A stretch of DNA of 64,000 bases from positions 4,256,001 through 4,320,000 of the forward strand of contig OZ245002.1 of NCBI GenBank assembly GCA_965223415.1. Reading direction: 5' to 3'. This DNA is from Myxococcota bacterium (GTDB taxonomy: Bacteria > Myxococcota_A > UBA9160 > UBA6930). The notes below the pieces were generated by a model, which was not told where the DNA came from, did no database searches, and was given only the letters and a program-made list of their open reading frames with translations. The translations under genes and the position numbers were made by a program. Below, piece after piece: positions 1 through 9,612 of the stretch (position 1 is its first letter; every line of letters starts with the position of its first letter).

Positions 1-2
1 AG

Positions 3-305
3 CGCTTCGTGGCGGTGGCGATGGGCCCGCCGGAGCCGGCGGTGGAGTGCGAGATCCTCGAGGGCGAGACCGGTGCCGAGCCTGCGATCGCGCGGCGGCT
101 GGTCGCCCTCGGCGCCAAGCTGCGGGAGGTGGAGCCCCTGGGCCTCGCCGAGCTGCCGTCCACCCGTCTCCTGGTGAGCGCGGCACGCCTGATTCAGGCC
201 GGCGTCCCCCCTCGCGCCGCCTGCAACGCGGCGGTCGTCGAGGCGCTCACCGACGACCCGGAGATCGCCGAGGGACTGCGCGACCTGGTCGCGCTGGCCT
301 TCTAG
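3..305 (+). CDS. norQ: CbbQ/NirQ/NorQ family AAA+ ATPase, C-terminal part (5' truncated by the window)
   Basis: The frame is open from the window edge (RFVAV...). PSTRLLV and EALTDD are typical of the CbbQ/NorQ C-terminal domain, and it lies directly upstream of a NorD-like VWA gene. Confidence 0.85.
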   Translation, partial: RFVAVAMGPPEPAVECEILEGETGAEPAIARRLVALGAKLREVEPLGLAELPSTRLLVSAARLIQAGVPPRAACNAAVVEALTDDPEIAEGLRDLVALAF

Positions 306-314
306 AGGCAGCGC

Positions 315-2189
315 GTGGACCTGGACTGGGAGGAGGGCGCCTTTCGCGGCCTGCTCTCGCTGCGCCGCCGTTTCGCGAGGCGCGGCGAGGCGGAGGACCC
401 GTCGGCGGCTCGCCTCGCGGAGCACGAGAACGCCCTCTCCACCCTGGCGCGGCTCGTCGCCGCGGAGCCGGTGCGCGTCCTCGCTGCGCGGGACGCCGGA
501 GGTGTGCGCGGCCCCGACCTGCTCCTGCCGCCGACGCTCTCGCTCGCGGCGAGCGCCGACGATAATCGGGCCCTCTACCGCCTGCGCACGGCCGTGTCCG
601 CCGCGATGCGTCGCCTGGCTCGGGACGCGCCGCCGGCTCCGCTTCCCGGCGCGGCGGAGCTGGTATCGCTGCGCCTCGCGCACCGGGCCGTCGCCTGGCT
701 GGAGGACGAGCTGCCGCGCTTCGGCGAGCTCTGGGAGGCGGCACGTCGTCTGGAGCTCGCGGCGCGGCCCGATCCGGCGACGCTGCGCGGCCGGGCACGG
801 CTTCTCGAAGAGGCGCGACGCGCGGCCCTGCAGGGCGGGCGGCCGTGGGAGGACCCCGCCCGGCTCCAGGCCCTGGGCCGGAGCCGGGTGCGGGGGGGGC
901 CGCCCAGCCCGGGCATCCAGCTGATCGGCGAGTGGATCCCCGAGCTGCGCCCGGCCGAGGGGGCCGGCGAAGCGCCCGACGGCACGCCGCCGGAGATCAC
1001 CAGTGAGGCGCCGGCGCCGGCGACCGAGGACCTGCGGCGTGTCGTGATCGATCGCCAGGAGCAGGAGGACGCCGTCCTGCTGCATACCTTCGAGAAGACC
1101 GAGACCCTCGACGAGTACCGCGGCGGCGCCCGGGACAGCGATGGCAGCGACAACCTGGACGAGCACCTGGAGGCCTTGAAGGAGGTCGACCTCGGCGCTC
1201 TCGTAAGGGACGGCACCGACACCCACGCGGCCCTGCGCGCCGACCTACCCCTCGAGCTCGACGTGCCGGACGCCGGGGAAGAGGCCCCGGGTGCCCGCGG
1301 CCTTCCCTACGACGAGTGGGACGTGCGGCGGCGCCGCTACCGGCGAGACTGGTGCACCGTCTATCCCGCGGCCGGCGACGCTCCGACGCCGGAGGGCGAG
1401 GCGTGGGCCCGGGCGGCGCTGCGCCGCCATCGTCGCCTGAAGAAGGAGCTGCTCCGGCGTCTCGAGCGCCACCGCGCCGGCCTGCGTCCCGCGCCGCGCC
1501 AGCAGGACGGCGACGACGTGGACGTGGAAGCGTTGGTGGACCACCTGGCGGCGACCCGCGCCGGACACGGCGACGACCCGCGCTTGTACGTGAAGTCGCG
1601 CCGCCGCCGCCGCGACTTCGCCACCACCGTGCTGCTCGACGTCTCCCTCTCCAGCGACTCCTGGTACGAGGGCCGTCGGGTGCTCGACGTCTCCCGCGAG
1701 GCGGTGCTCCTGCTCGGCGAGGTTGCGGACGAGCTCGGCGACCGCCTGCAGGTGCTGGCCTTTGCCTCGAAGACCCGGAACCGCTGTCACGTCTTCCACC
1801 TGAAGGGCTGGCGCGAAGCGTGGCCGCGGGCGCGCGCCCGCCTGGGCCGCCTCGAGCCCCAGGGCTACACCCGCATCGGCCCGGCCCTTCGCTATGCGAC
1901 GGACACCCTGGCTCGCGAGCCGGCGGAGCGGCGTCTTCTGCTCTTGATCAGCGACGGGAAGCCCACGGACTACGACCGCTACGAGGGCCGCTACGGCGTG
2001 GCCGACGTCCGCCAGGCCCTACGCGAGGCCGAGCGCCGCGAGGTCCATGCCCACGCCCTGGCGGTGGACGCGGTCGCCCGCGACACGCTCCCGCCGATGT
2101 TCGGCCCCGGCGCCTGGCACGTGCTCCCCCATCCCGACGCACTGCCCGAGGCGCTCACCTCCGTCTACGGGCGCCTCACCGGTCGCTGA
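315..2189 (+). CDS. norD: Nitric oxide reductase activation protein NorD (VWA domain)
   Basis: YDEWD...YRRDWC motif, MIDAS DVSLS, GYTRIGPALR and LLISDGKPTDYDRYEGRYG; follows norQ. Confidence 0.88.
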   Translation: MDLDWEEGAFRGLLSLRRRFARRGEAEDPSAARLAEHENALSTLARLVAAEPVRVLAARDAGGVRGPDLLLPPTLSLAASADDNRALYRLRTAVSAAMRRLARDAPPAPLPGAAELVSLRLAHRAVAWLEDELPRFGELWEAARRLELAARPDPATLRGRARLLEEARRAALQGGRPWEDPARLQALGRSRVRGGPPSPGIQLIGEWIPELRPAEGAGEAPDGTPPEITSEAPAPATEDLRRVVIDRQEQEDAVLLHTFEKTETLDEYRGGARDSDGSDNLDEHLEALKEVDLGALVRDGTDTHAALRADLPLELDVPDAGEEAPGARGLPYDEWDVRRRRYRRDWCTVYPAAGDAPTPEGEAWARAALRRHRRLKKELLRRLERHRAGLRPAPRQQDGDDVDVEALVDHLAATRAGHGDDPRLYVKSRRRRRDFATTVLLDVSLSSDSWYEGRRVLDVSREAVLLLGEVADELGDRLQVLAFASKTRNRCHVFHLKGWREAWPRARARLGRLEPQGYTRIGPALRYATDTLAREPAERRLLLLISDGKPTDYDRYEGRYGVADVRQALREAERREVHAHALAVDAVARDTLPPMFGPGAWHVLPHPDALPEALTSVYGRLTGR

Positions 2190-3162
2190 GCAGGATCCGC
2201 TGGACGAGCCGGGAGGGTGGCGTGTAGGCCTGCTCCCGCGCGTCCTTCGGCAGCTTCGGGAGGAGCTCCCGGCGCAGACGCGGCAGCCGATACCAGGGCA
2301 CCTTCGGCAGGAGGTGGTGCTCGAAGTGATAGGGCGTGATGCAGAAGGGGAAGAGCAGATTCATCCCCGGAAAGGTGAGACCGCGAGTGCGCAGACGCAC
2401 GTCGGCGATCTCGGTGTAGCCGCCTCCGTGCTCGAAGCTCGATTTCAGCACGTTCAGGGCCTGGGCGTACTTGAACGAGAGGAAGAGAGTCAGCAGCGTG
2501 AAGACCGGCGCCTCCTGCACCGGGAAGAACAGGATGGCCGCCCAGCCGAAGAGGAAGGCGGCCGCCCGCCAGCCCTCACGCGACGGCCCGATCCGCCCCG
2601 GCTTCGGGCAGCGGTCGTCCAGCTCGGGGAGCCAGAGTCGATAGAGCTCCAGCTCGTAGAAGGGGACCAGGAAGGTCTTGGCGAGCTTGCGCCGCAGGGC
2701 CCGACCCTCCAGCACGTACTTCGCGCAGTTCTGCGGGTCGTCGTCTTCCAGCGGTCGCTGGTGGTGGATCAGGTGGCCCGTCCGCCAGTGGAGGCCGTAG
2801 TCGCGGAGGAAGAGCAGGCACACCGCCCAGCCGGGAAGGTCGTTCAGGAGGTGGCGGAAGCGGGGCGAGCGGCAGAGCAGGAACTGCTGGTGCGAGGCCT
2901 CGTGCACGACCAGGGTGAAGAGCGCGAAGATCGCCGTCCCGAGGAGTGGCGCCGCCACCAGGGGCCCCAGCCAGAGGGGCAGGGCCCGGGCCGCGAGAAA
3001 GATCGGCGGCACCAGCGCCAGCACGAGGGCCAGGCTGCCGAGGTTGATCGCGTTGTGAAGCGCGTGGGACCGCGTGCAGGTGAGTGCCCGCCCGCGGCAG
3101 GTCGCCCGCCCCAAGACGTCGGGTTGCGTGAGGTTCAGCGTTCCGGCCGAGGACGCACTCAC
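2176..3162 (-). CDS. Membrane fatty acid desaturase family protein
   Basis: Three His boxes (HEASH, HLIHH, HFEHH) followed by PKVPWYRLP; hydrophobic segments. Confidence 0.85.
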   Translation of the reverse strand: MSASSAGTLNLTQPDVLGRATCRGRALTCTRSHALHNAINLGSLALVLALVPPIFLAARALPLWLGPLVAAPLLGTAIFALFTLVVHEASHQQFLLCRSPRFRHLLNDLPGWAVCLLFLRDYGLHWRTGHLIHHQRPLEDDDPQNCAKYVLEGRALRRKLAKTFLVPFYELELYRLWLPELDDRCPKPGRIGPSREGWRAAAFLFGWAAILFFPVQEAPVFTLLTLFLSFKYAQALNVLKSSFEHGGGYTEIADVRLRTRGLTFPGMNLLFPFCITPYHFEHHLLPKVPWYRLPRLRRELLPKLPKDAREQAYTPPSRLVQRILLSDR

Positions 3163-3215
3163 CGATCGGGAATCTAGCCTGGAGGGCGGGGCTCGTCCGC
3201 GGCTAGAGTGGCCGG

Positions 3216-4769
3216 ATGAAGAGCCGCACCCGCCGTGTTCTGGTCCTCACCTTGTTCGCGGCGTCCCATGCAGCCCCACTCTCCGCAGCCGAGGCGCCCT
3301 TCGAGCTGGTGATTCGCGGCGGTCGGGTCGTCGATCCGGAGTCCGGCCTGGACGCGGTGCGGGACGTCGGCATCCGGGACGGCCGCATCGCGGAGATCTC
3401 CGAGCACCGTCTCGACGCCGACCGGGTGGTCGACGCCACCGCCCACGTGGTCGCCCCGGGCTTCATCGATCTGCACAGTCACTCGCCGACGCCTCTCGGC
3501 CAGCACTACCAGGCCCTGGACGGCGTGACCACGGCCCTCGAGCTGGAGGCCGGCGCCTTCCCGGTCCCGGCCTTCGGCAGCCAGCTCCGGGAGGCGGCGC
3601 GCCTCCACTACGGCGCTTCGGTCGGCTACGGATCGATCCGACTCGAGGTGAAGCAGGGCGTGCGGCGGCCCCACCTGCTCAGCGGCGAGATGGAGCTGCG
3701 CGGCCTGCGCGGGCTCTGGACTGGCGTCCGGTCGCTCTTCGGCGAGCCCCGGGATGTGTTCGCCGAGCCCGCGTCGGCCCGGGAGCGACAGCGCCTGCGC
3801 GCGCTCCTCCACGAGGGCCTGGACCAGGGCGGCCTCGGGATCGGTCTTCCCCTCGACTACATCAGCGAAGCCGTCGACGCCGACGAGCTGCGGATGATCT
3901 TCGAGGTGGCCGCAGCGCGGCGCGTGCCCATCTTCGTTCACATCCGCCGCGGCGTGAACGGCGACCCGGCGGGCCTCCACGAGGTGATCGATCTGGCGCG
4001 CTCGACCGGCGCCGCCGTCCACGTCTGCCACGTGACCCACAACGCCATGCGCGCCATCGACGCGTTCCTCGCCGCGATTCGCGCCGCGCGGGCCGAGGGC
4101 CTCGACGTCACCACCGAGCTGCTGCCCTACGAGGCCGGCTCCGCCCTGATCTCCTCCGCGGTCTTCGGCCGCGACTGGCAGACCATCTTCGACATCACCT
4201 ACGAGGACGTCGAGTGGGCCGAGACCGGCCAGCGTTTCGACCGGGCCCTGTGGGAGGAATACCGTCGGGAGCGGCCCGAAGGGCAGGTGATCCATCACTA
4301 CCTGAAGGAGGAGTGGACCCGGCGGGCGCTTCGCGAGCCCGGTGTGATGGTCGTGAGCGATCTGCTGCCGATGGTCGACGAGGCGAGCAAGGTGGCGCCC
4401 CACAACGGGGCCTTCGCGAAGGTGCTCGGGCGCCATGCCCGCGAAGGCCGCGTGCTGACGATGCAGGACGCCCTGGCACGGATGACGCTCCTGCCCGCCC
4501 GCCGTCTCGAGGGCTTCGCGCCGGTCTTCGCCCGGAAGGGAAGGGTGCAGGTGGGCGCGGACGCGGATCTCACGGTGTTCGATCCGCAGACGGTCGCGGC
4601 CAGGGCGACCTACCGGGACCCGTTCCAGGGCTCGGCGGGGATCGCCTACGTGGTGGTGGCGGGTGAGGTGGTCGTGGCCCACGGGAACGTGGTGGACGGC
4701 GCATCGCCCGGCCGGCTGCTGCTCGCCCGGACGCCTCGCCGTGGGCTTCTGGCCACATCGCGGGAATGA
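3216..4769 (+). CDS. Amidohydrolase (N-acyl-D-amino-acid/D-glutamate deacylase-like) with signal peptide
   Basis: LVIRGGRVVDP, VAPGFIDLHSH and KGRVQVGADADLTVFDP; hydrophobic N-terminus. Confidence 0.85.
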   Translation: MKSRTRRVLVLTLFAASHAAPLSAAEAPFELVIRGGRVVDPESGLDAVRDVGIRDGRIAEISEHRLDADRVVDATAHVVAPGFIDLHSHSPTPLGQHYQALDGVTTALELEAGAFPVPAFGSQLREAARLHYGASVGYGSIRLEVKQGVRRPHLLSGEMELRGLRGLWTGVRSLFGEPRDVFAEPASARERQRLRALLHEGLDQGGLGIGLPLDYISEAVDADELRMIFEVAAARRVPIFVHIRRGVNGDPAGLHEVIDLARSTGAAVHVCHVTHNAMRAIDAFLAAIRAARAEGLDVTTELLPYEAGSALISSAVFGRDWQTIFDITYEDVEWAETGQRFDRALWEEYRRERPEGQVIHHYLKEEWTRRALREPGVMVVSDLLPMVDEASKVAPHNGAFAKVLGRHAREGRVLTMQDALARMTLLPARRLEGFAPVFARKGRVQVGADADLTVFDPQTVAARATYRDPFQGSAGIAYVVVAGEVVVAHGNVVDGASPGRLLLARTPRRGLLATSRE

Positions 4770-4835
4770 CGGCTCTTCAGGCCGACGGGATCCCGGCCGA
4801 TTCGGTAGGGGATCCCCACCCGTCAGGCCCCAAGC

Positions 4836-6689
4836 ATGCAACCCGAAGACAGCCCCGGACCTGCGGCCCCGCGGCTCCGCGGTGGTGCCCTCGACAGGTG
4901 GATCGCCGCTGGCCTGGTCCTGTTCTCCCTGCTCTTCTACGTGCGTGTCGTCGACTTCGACTTCGTCGACTTCGATGATCGGACCGTCCTGCTGGGCCAT
5001 CCCAACCTCTACGGGACGGAGGGCCCCTTCACCGACAACCTGCGCGAGATCTTCGTCGACTACTTCCCGCGCGAGGAGCCGCTGGTCGTCCGCGACGTCA
5101 GCTGGGCCGTCGACGCGCGCCTGTTCGGCTTCGAGGAGGCGCGGGGCTACCACCTCGGAAACGTCGTGCTCAACGCGCTTGCCGTGGGCCTCCTCTTCCT
5201 GTTCCTGCGTTCGGTCACCGATCGCGCCGTGGCCGGCTGGGCGGCGCTGGCGTTCGCAGTCGCACCGATCCACGTCGAGGCCGTCGCCTGGATCATGGGC
5301 CGCAAGGACATGCTCGCCGCCTGCTTCGGGCTGGCCGCCCTGGTCGCCCAGAGCAGGGAGCTGCGGACGGAGCGTCCGGGACGTCGCTGGGGCTGGTGGG
5401 CGCTGGGCTTCGTCTGCTGCGGGCTCGCCCTGGGCTCGAAGATCAGCGCCGTCGCCATCGTCCTCGCGTTGGCCCTGCACCGCCTGTTCCTCCAGTACCT
5501 GGAGAGGGGCGCGGATCCCACTGCATCCGTCGATGCGCGAGCCGCGCTGGGCAGGCTGCCGGCGCTCGTCCCCCACCTCGTGCTCACGATCCTGGTGTTC
5601 GCGTGGTACAGCCGAACGCTCTCCGAGTGGGGCGTCCTCCGCTCCCACGGCCCCGGGCCCCTCGACCCGGTCCACCTCGGGCACGTCGTTCGCTTCCTCC
5701 CCCTGATCGCGGGGGAGTACCTGACCCACCTCGCCTGGCCCGGCGAGCTCTCGATGTTCTACCGCTGGCCCCATGTGGAGGTCCCGCTCACGACCGCCGA
5801 GCTCCTCGCGTCGGCGGCCTGGGCCTTCGCCGGGTGCGCATTCCTCGGCGGCGTGCTCCGACGGCGTCGGGATCTGGCGTTCTTCGCGCTGCTCGCCCTG
5901 GCATGGATGGCCCCGTACACCGGTCTCTTCTACGTCGGCTTCTGGCATGCCGATCGCTATTTCTACGTGGCCTCGGCCGGAGTCCTGGTCATTGCCGCGA
6001 TCATCGTGCGCGACGTGGCCCGCAGCGTGCCTCGCGCGCGGCCGGCTCTCGCCGTCCTCGTGGCGGCGTTCCTGATCTCCAGTGCGGCCCAGGCCTGGCG
6101 CCAGCAGGAGGTCTGGCGGGACAACGAGAGCCTCTGGACCTACGAGGCGCACCGTGAGAACCCCTCCCTGCTCTCGATCCAGGCGCTCGCGAAGCACTAC
6201 GTCCGCCTCGCGGAGGCCGAGGCCGATCCGGTGCGCCGGGCCGCCCTGGTCGGGCAGGCGGAGGGCCTCGTCGAGCGGGGCATCGCCCACGAGGCGGCCA
6301 TGAGTCGGGTTCCCGGGCCCTACCACGTGGCCGAGCAGAAGCACCTCGCCCGTCTCCACGTCCTCCGCGGGCGGCTGGCGGCCCTCCGCGGGGCGCCTCC
6401 CCACGTCCAGGCCCGGCACTACCGCATCGCCTTCGACCTCGCGCCGGAGCGCCTCTCGGCGATCTTCCTGTCCCGGAGCCTGTTCCGATCCGCTGCCCAC
6501 GTCGCACCGGGGGAGCAAAGGCCGCTCGTCGAGGCTTCCTTCGACTACTTCGTGCACTACCTGGAGTATTCCGCCAACGACCCGCAGTGGCTCGAGCAGG
6601 GTCGGAGGCTGCTCGAGTTCAACTACGGCGAGCGCTTCCCCTACCTGCAGGCCCGGGTGGAACGGGTTCGGGAGACGATGTTCCCGTGA
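4836..6689 (+). CDS. Multi-pass GT-C fold glycosyltransferase (TMTC/PMT-like) with helical C-terminal domain
   Basis: DFVDFDD acidic loop after TM1, GYHLGNVVL, PIHVEAVAWIMGRKD, ADRYFY and VWRDNESLW are all TMTC-like signatures. Confidence 0.75.
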   Translation: MQPEDSPGPAAPRLRGGALDRWIAAGLVLFSLLFYVRVVDFDFVDFDDRTVLLGHPNLYGTEGPFTDNLREIFVDYFPREEPLVVRDVSWAVDARLFGFEEARGYHLGNVVLNALAVGLLFLFLRSVTDRAVAGWAALAFAVAPIHVEAVAWIMGRKDMLAACFGLAALVAQSRELRTERPGRRWGWWALGFVCCGLALGSKISAVAIVLALALHRLFLQYLERGADPTASVDARAALGRLPALVPHLVLTILVFAWYSRTLSEWGVLRSHGPGPLDPVHLGHVVRFLPLIAGEYLTHLAWPGELSMFYRWPHVEVPLTTAELLASAAWAFAGCAFLGGVLRRRRDLAFFALLALAWMAPYTGLFYVGFWHADRYFYVASAGVLVIAAIIVRDVARSVPRARPALAVLVAAFLISSAAQAWRQQEVWRDNESLWTYEAHRENPSLLSIQALAKHYVRLAEAEADPVRRAALVGQAEGLVERGIAHEAAMSRVPGPYHVAEQKHLARLHVLRGRLAALRGAPPHVQARHYRIAFDLAPERLSAIFLSRSLFRSAAHVAPGEQRPLVEASFDYFVHYLEYSANDPQWLEQGRRLLEFNYGERFPYLQARVERVRETMFP

Positions 6690-7318
6690 CTGCCCACGAC
6701 TACCGAGGTGCCTATCCGTTCCACGCCGCCCGGCGCACGGTGTGGCGGGAGATCGTCCGCTACGTGCGACGGCACGCCGGCGCGGTGGAGACGCTGGTCG
6801 AGCTGGGCTCCGGCTACTGCGACTTCGTGAACCAGTTCCCCGCCAAGCGGAAGCTGGCGTTCGATCTCAATCCGGAGATGGAGGCCCTCGCTGCCGACGA
6901 CGTGGACTGGAGGTGCGCGGACGCCCGGGAGATCGCGAAGCTGCCCCCGGCTTCCGTCGACCTGGTGTTCGCCAGCAACTTCCTCGAGCATCTCGAGGGC
7001 GACGCCGTCGACGAGCTGCTCGAGGGCGTTCACAGCGCCCTGCGACCCGGCGGCCGCCTGGTCCTCATCCAGCCGAACCACCGTCGCTGCGCGGAGCGCT
7101 ATTTCGACGATCCCACCCACGTCACGGTCTTCGACGACGCCAACATCGCGACGTGGCTCGAGCGAGCCGGCTTCCGCACCCTCCGGGTGGATCCGGGGCT
7201 GCTCCCCTTCTCGATGAAGAGCCGCGCACCGAAGTGGCCGTTCCTCGTGCGTCTCTACCTGAACGCGCCCCTTCGCCCGTTCGCCGCCCAGATGTACGTC
7301 GTCGCGGAGCGAGCCTGA
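6686..7318 (+). CDS. Class I SAM-dependent methyltransferase
   Basis: VELGSGYC, DLVFASNFLEHL and LRPGGRL; GTG start overlaps the upstream TGA (GTGA). Confidence 0.85.
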   Translation: MTAHDYRGAYPFHAARRTVWREIVRYVRRHAGAVETLVELGSGYCDFVNQFPAKRKLAFDLNPEMEALAADDVDWRCADAREIAKLPPASVDLVFASNFLEHLEGDAVDELLEGVHSALRPGGRLVLIQPNHRRCAERYFDDPTHVTVFDDANIATWLERAGFRTLRVDPGLLPFSMKSRAPKWPFLVRLYLNAPLRPFAAQMYVVAERA

Positions 7319-8133
7319 TGTGGCACGGCCAGACCGTCTCCGTCGTTCTGCCGACCTACAACGAGCGCGACTCGATCCGGGCCTCGATCCGCGAGCTCGA
7401 GGCGACCGGCGTCGTCGACGAGATCATCGTCGTCAACAACAACGCGGCGCCCGGGACGAGCGAAGAAGTGGAGCCGACCAGTGCCCGGGAGGTACTGGAG
7501 CCCGAGCAGGGCTACGGCGCCGCCATCCGGCGCGGCTTCCAAGAAGCCACCGGCGATCTCGTGATCGTCAGCGAGCCCGACGGGACCTTCCGCGGCCGCG
7601 ACGTCTTCAAGCTGCTCGCCTACGCCCAGGACTTCGATGTCGTCTACGGAAGCCGGACCGTGAAGGAGCTGATCTGGGAAGGCGCCAACATGGGCCTCTT
7701 CCTGAAGTGGGGCAACTGGGCCGTCGCCAAGCTCGTCGAGTTCCTGTTCAACACCACATCCCTGACCGACGTGGGCTGCACGATGCGCTGCATCCGCCGG
7801 GACGCCCTCCAGCGCGTCGAGCCCCACTTCACCGTCTCCGGCTCGTTCTTCGGCCCGGAGATGCTGGTCCTCACCATCCTCCATCACCTGCGCGTGATCC
7901 AGATCCCGGTGAACTACACGGAGCGCGTCGGCACCTCTTCGGTGACCGGCAACAAGTGGGTCGCGTTCGGCCTGGGGCTGCGGATGATCCGACTGGTGCT
8001 GTCGTATCGGGTTCGGAGCTGGCTGCGCCCCGGGTCTTTGGGGGTGGTGCCGGACGCGGACGCGCTGCCCTTGCCGCGGGTGGATCTGGTCCTGGAGGTC
8101 GAGGACGAGAAGGACGACACGCTCTCGAGCTGA
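7318..8133 (+). CDS. Glycosyltransferase family 2 (polyprenol-phosphate glycosyltransferase-like)
   Basis: VSVVLPTYNE, GYGAAIRRG, EPDGT and VVYGSR; TGATG coupling to the upstream gene. Confidence 0.88.
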   Translation: MWHGQTVSVVLPTYNERDSIRASIRELEATGVVDEIIVVNNNAAPGTSEEVEPTSAREVLEPEQGYGAAIRRGFQEATGDLVIVSEPDGTFRGRDVFKLLAYAQDFDVVYGSRTVKELIWEGANMGLFLKWGNWAVAKLVEFLFNTTSLTDVGCTMRCIRRDALQRVEPHFTVSGSFFGPEMLVLTILHHLRVIQIPVNYTERVGTSSVTGNKWVAFGLGLRMIRLVLSYRVRSWLRPGSLGVVPDADALPLPRVDLVLEVEDEKDDTLSS

Positions 8134-8187
8134 GGGGGCTGTGGGGCGCGCTCGAGAGCTCGCGAATCGAACCAAGAACCCGCCGGG

Positions 8188-9432
8188 CTACCCCTCGGGC
8201 AACATCCCCAACACCACCTGTCCGACGTACTCCCGTGCCTCCGTCGGCGAGTAGGGCTGCATGAAGGGCCCGGCCCGCACGTCGCGGTACAAGCGCGCGA
8301 GAGGGTGCGCGCTCATGTACGCGCCGCCGCCCGCAACGTCCATCGCACGGTCGACGACCTCGATCGCAGCCCGGTTGACGATCCACTTCGCCGCTTGATA
8401 ATCGGCCATCGCTGCGTGGGCGTCTTCGAGGGAGAGCGGGTCCGGGCCCGCGCGGGCGAGGCGCGCGTCGAGGGCGTGGCCGGCGGCGGCGAGGGCGGCG
8501 CGGCATCCTGCGAGGCTGATCTCCATCTCCCCCACGCGGTGCTGCACTCCCGGGAGGCGCGCGATGGGGCCGTCGACCTTGGTCTTGGTCTGGGTGCAGG
8601 CGGCCTCGCGGGCGGCTTCGGCGGAGGCTTCGGCGATGCCGAGGAAGGCGCCGAGCAGGGTCTGGTTCGCGAGGGTGCGGCCCATCAGGAGGCCGGGACT
8701 CCAGCGGCCCCACTCGCCCGCGATCTGCAGGGACGCGGCGGGGACGCGGCAGTCCCGCAGGCGGATCGACTGGCTGCCGGACGAGCGCATGCCGAGGGCG
8801 TCCCAGTCGTCCTGGGGCTCGAGGCCCGGGGTGCTCGCTGGGACGAAGGCGAAGCCGATCCGGTCCGGGCCGCCTTCCGGGTCGGGTACCCGCACGTTCA
8901 TGGCGAAGAGCTGGGCGGCCGGAGAGAGCGTGACGAAGATCTTGTGTCCGTCGATGCGGGCGACGTCGCCGTCCAGGGTCGCGGTGGTGTGCGGGCGCAG
9001 GAAGTCGGTGCCCGGCTCGGTCGCAGTCGCGCAGATGACGAGCTCGCCCGCGGCGATCGCCCGCAGCAGGCCTGCGGAGGAGGCTTCGCCTGCCGCGTCG
9101 CCCTCGCGCCGCGCCGCCTCCCAACGCTGGACCAGTGCCCGGCTGGTGCCCATGTGCATGTTGACGGCGATGGCCGTCGATCCCTCGCCGCGGCCCAGGC
9201 GCGAGAGACCCACGGCCCAGTCATGGATGGAGCTGACACCCAGGCCGCCCAGCGCTTCGGGAACCATTGCGCCGAGCAGACCCGCTTCGCGCAGAGCGCC
9301 GACGTTCTCCTGCGGGAAGCGGCCCTCGCGGTCGGCGTCGGCGGCCCGCTCGGCAAGCAGGGGGACGAGTGCTTCGGCGCGGCGGACGAACTCCGCGCCT
9401 TGGGGGGTCGAGGGCTCGAGTCGGAACGGCAT
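8188..9432 (-). CDS. Acyl-CoA dehydrogenase family flavoprotein
   Basis: ATEPG, GHKIFVT, WDALGMRSSGS and LARLYRDVRAG. Confidence 0.88.
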   Translation of the reverse strand: MPFRLEPSTPQGAEFVRRAEALVPLLAERAADADREGRFPQENVGALREAGLLGAMVPEALGGLGVSSIHDWAVGLSRLGRGEGSTAIAVNMHMGTSRALVQRWEAARREGDAAGEASSAGLLRAIAAGELVICATATEPGTDFLRPHTTATLDGDVARIDGHKIFVTLSPAAQLFAMNVRVPDPEGGPDRIGFAFVPASTPGLEPQDDWDALGMRSSGSQSIRLRDCRVPAASLQIAGEWGRWSPGLLMGRTLANQTLLGAFLGIAEASAEAAREAACTQTKTKVDGPIARLPGVQHRVGEMEISLAGCRAALAAAGHALDARLARAGPDPLSLEDAHAAMADYQAAKWIVNRAAIEVVDRAMDVAGGGAYMSAHPLARLYRDVRAGPFMQPYSPTEAREYVGQVVLGMLPEG

Positions 9433-9491
9433 GGCGCGAGCATACGCCAGCGATGCAGCTGGGCTGCCACCCTGCGCACGCCGACCCTGCC

Positions 9492-9608
9492 GTGAGCCAA
9501 CTGCTTCCCGACCCCAGCTCCCTGACGCCGCGCCAGCGCCAGATCCTGGAGCTGGCAGCGAAGGGGCTCACCAACCCGGAGATCGCGGCGTCCCGGGCGG
9601 AGAGGTGA
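9492..9608 (+). pseudogene. Truncated LuxR-type HTH regulator fragment
   Basis: SLTPRQRQILELAAKGLTNPEIA is the start of a LuxR HTH. The frame stops after about 38 aa, before the recognition helix. Confidence 0.6.
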
Positions 9609-9612
9609 GGCG

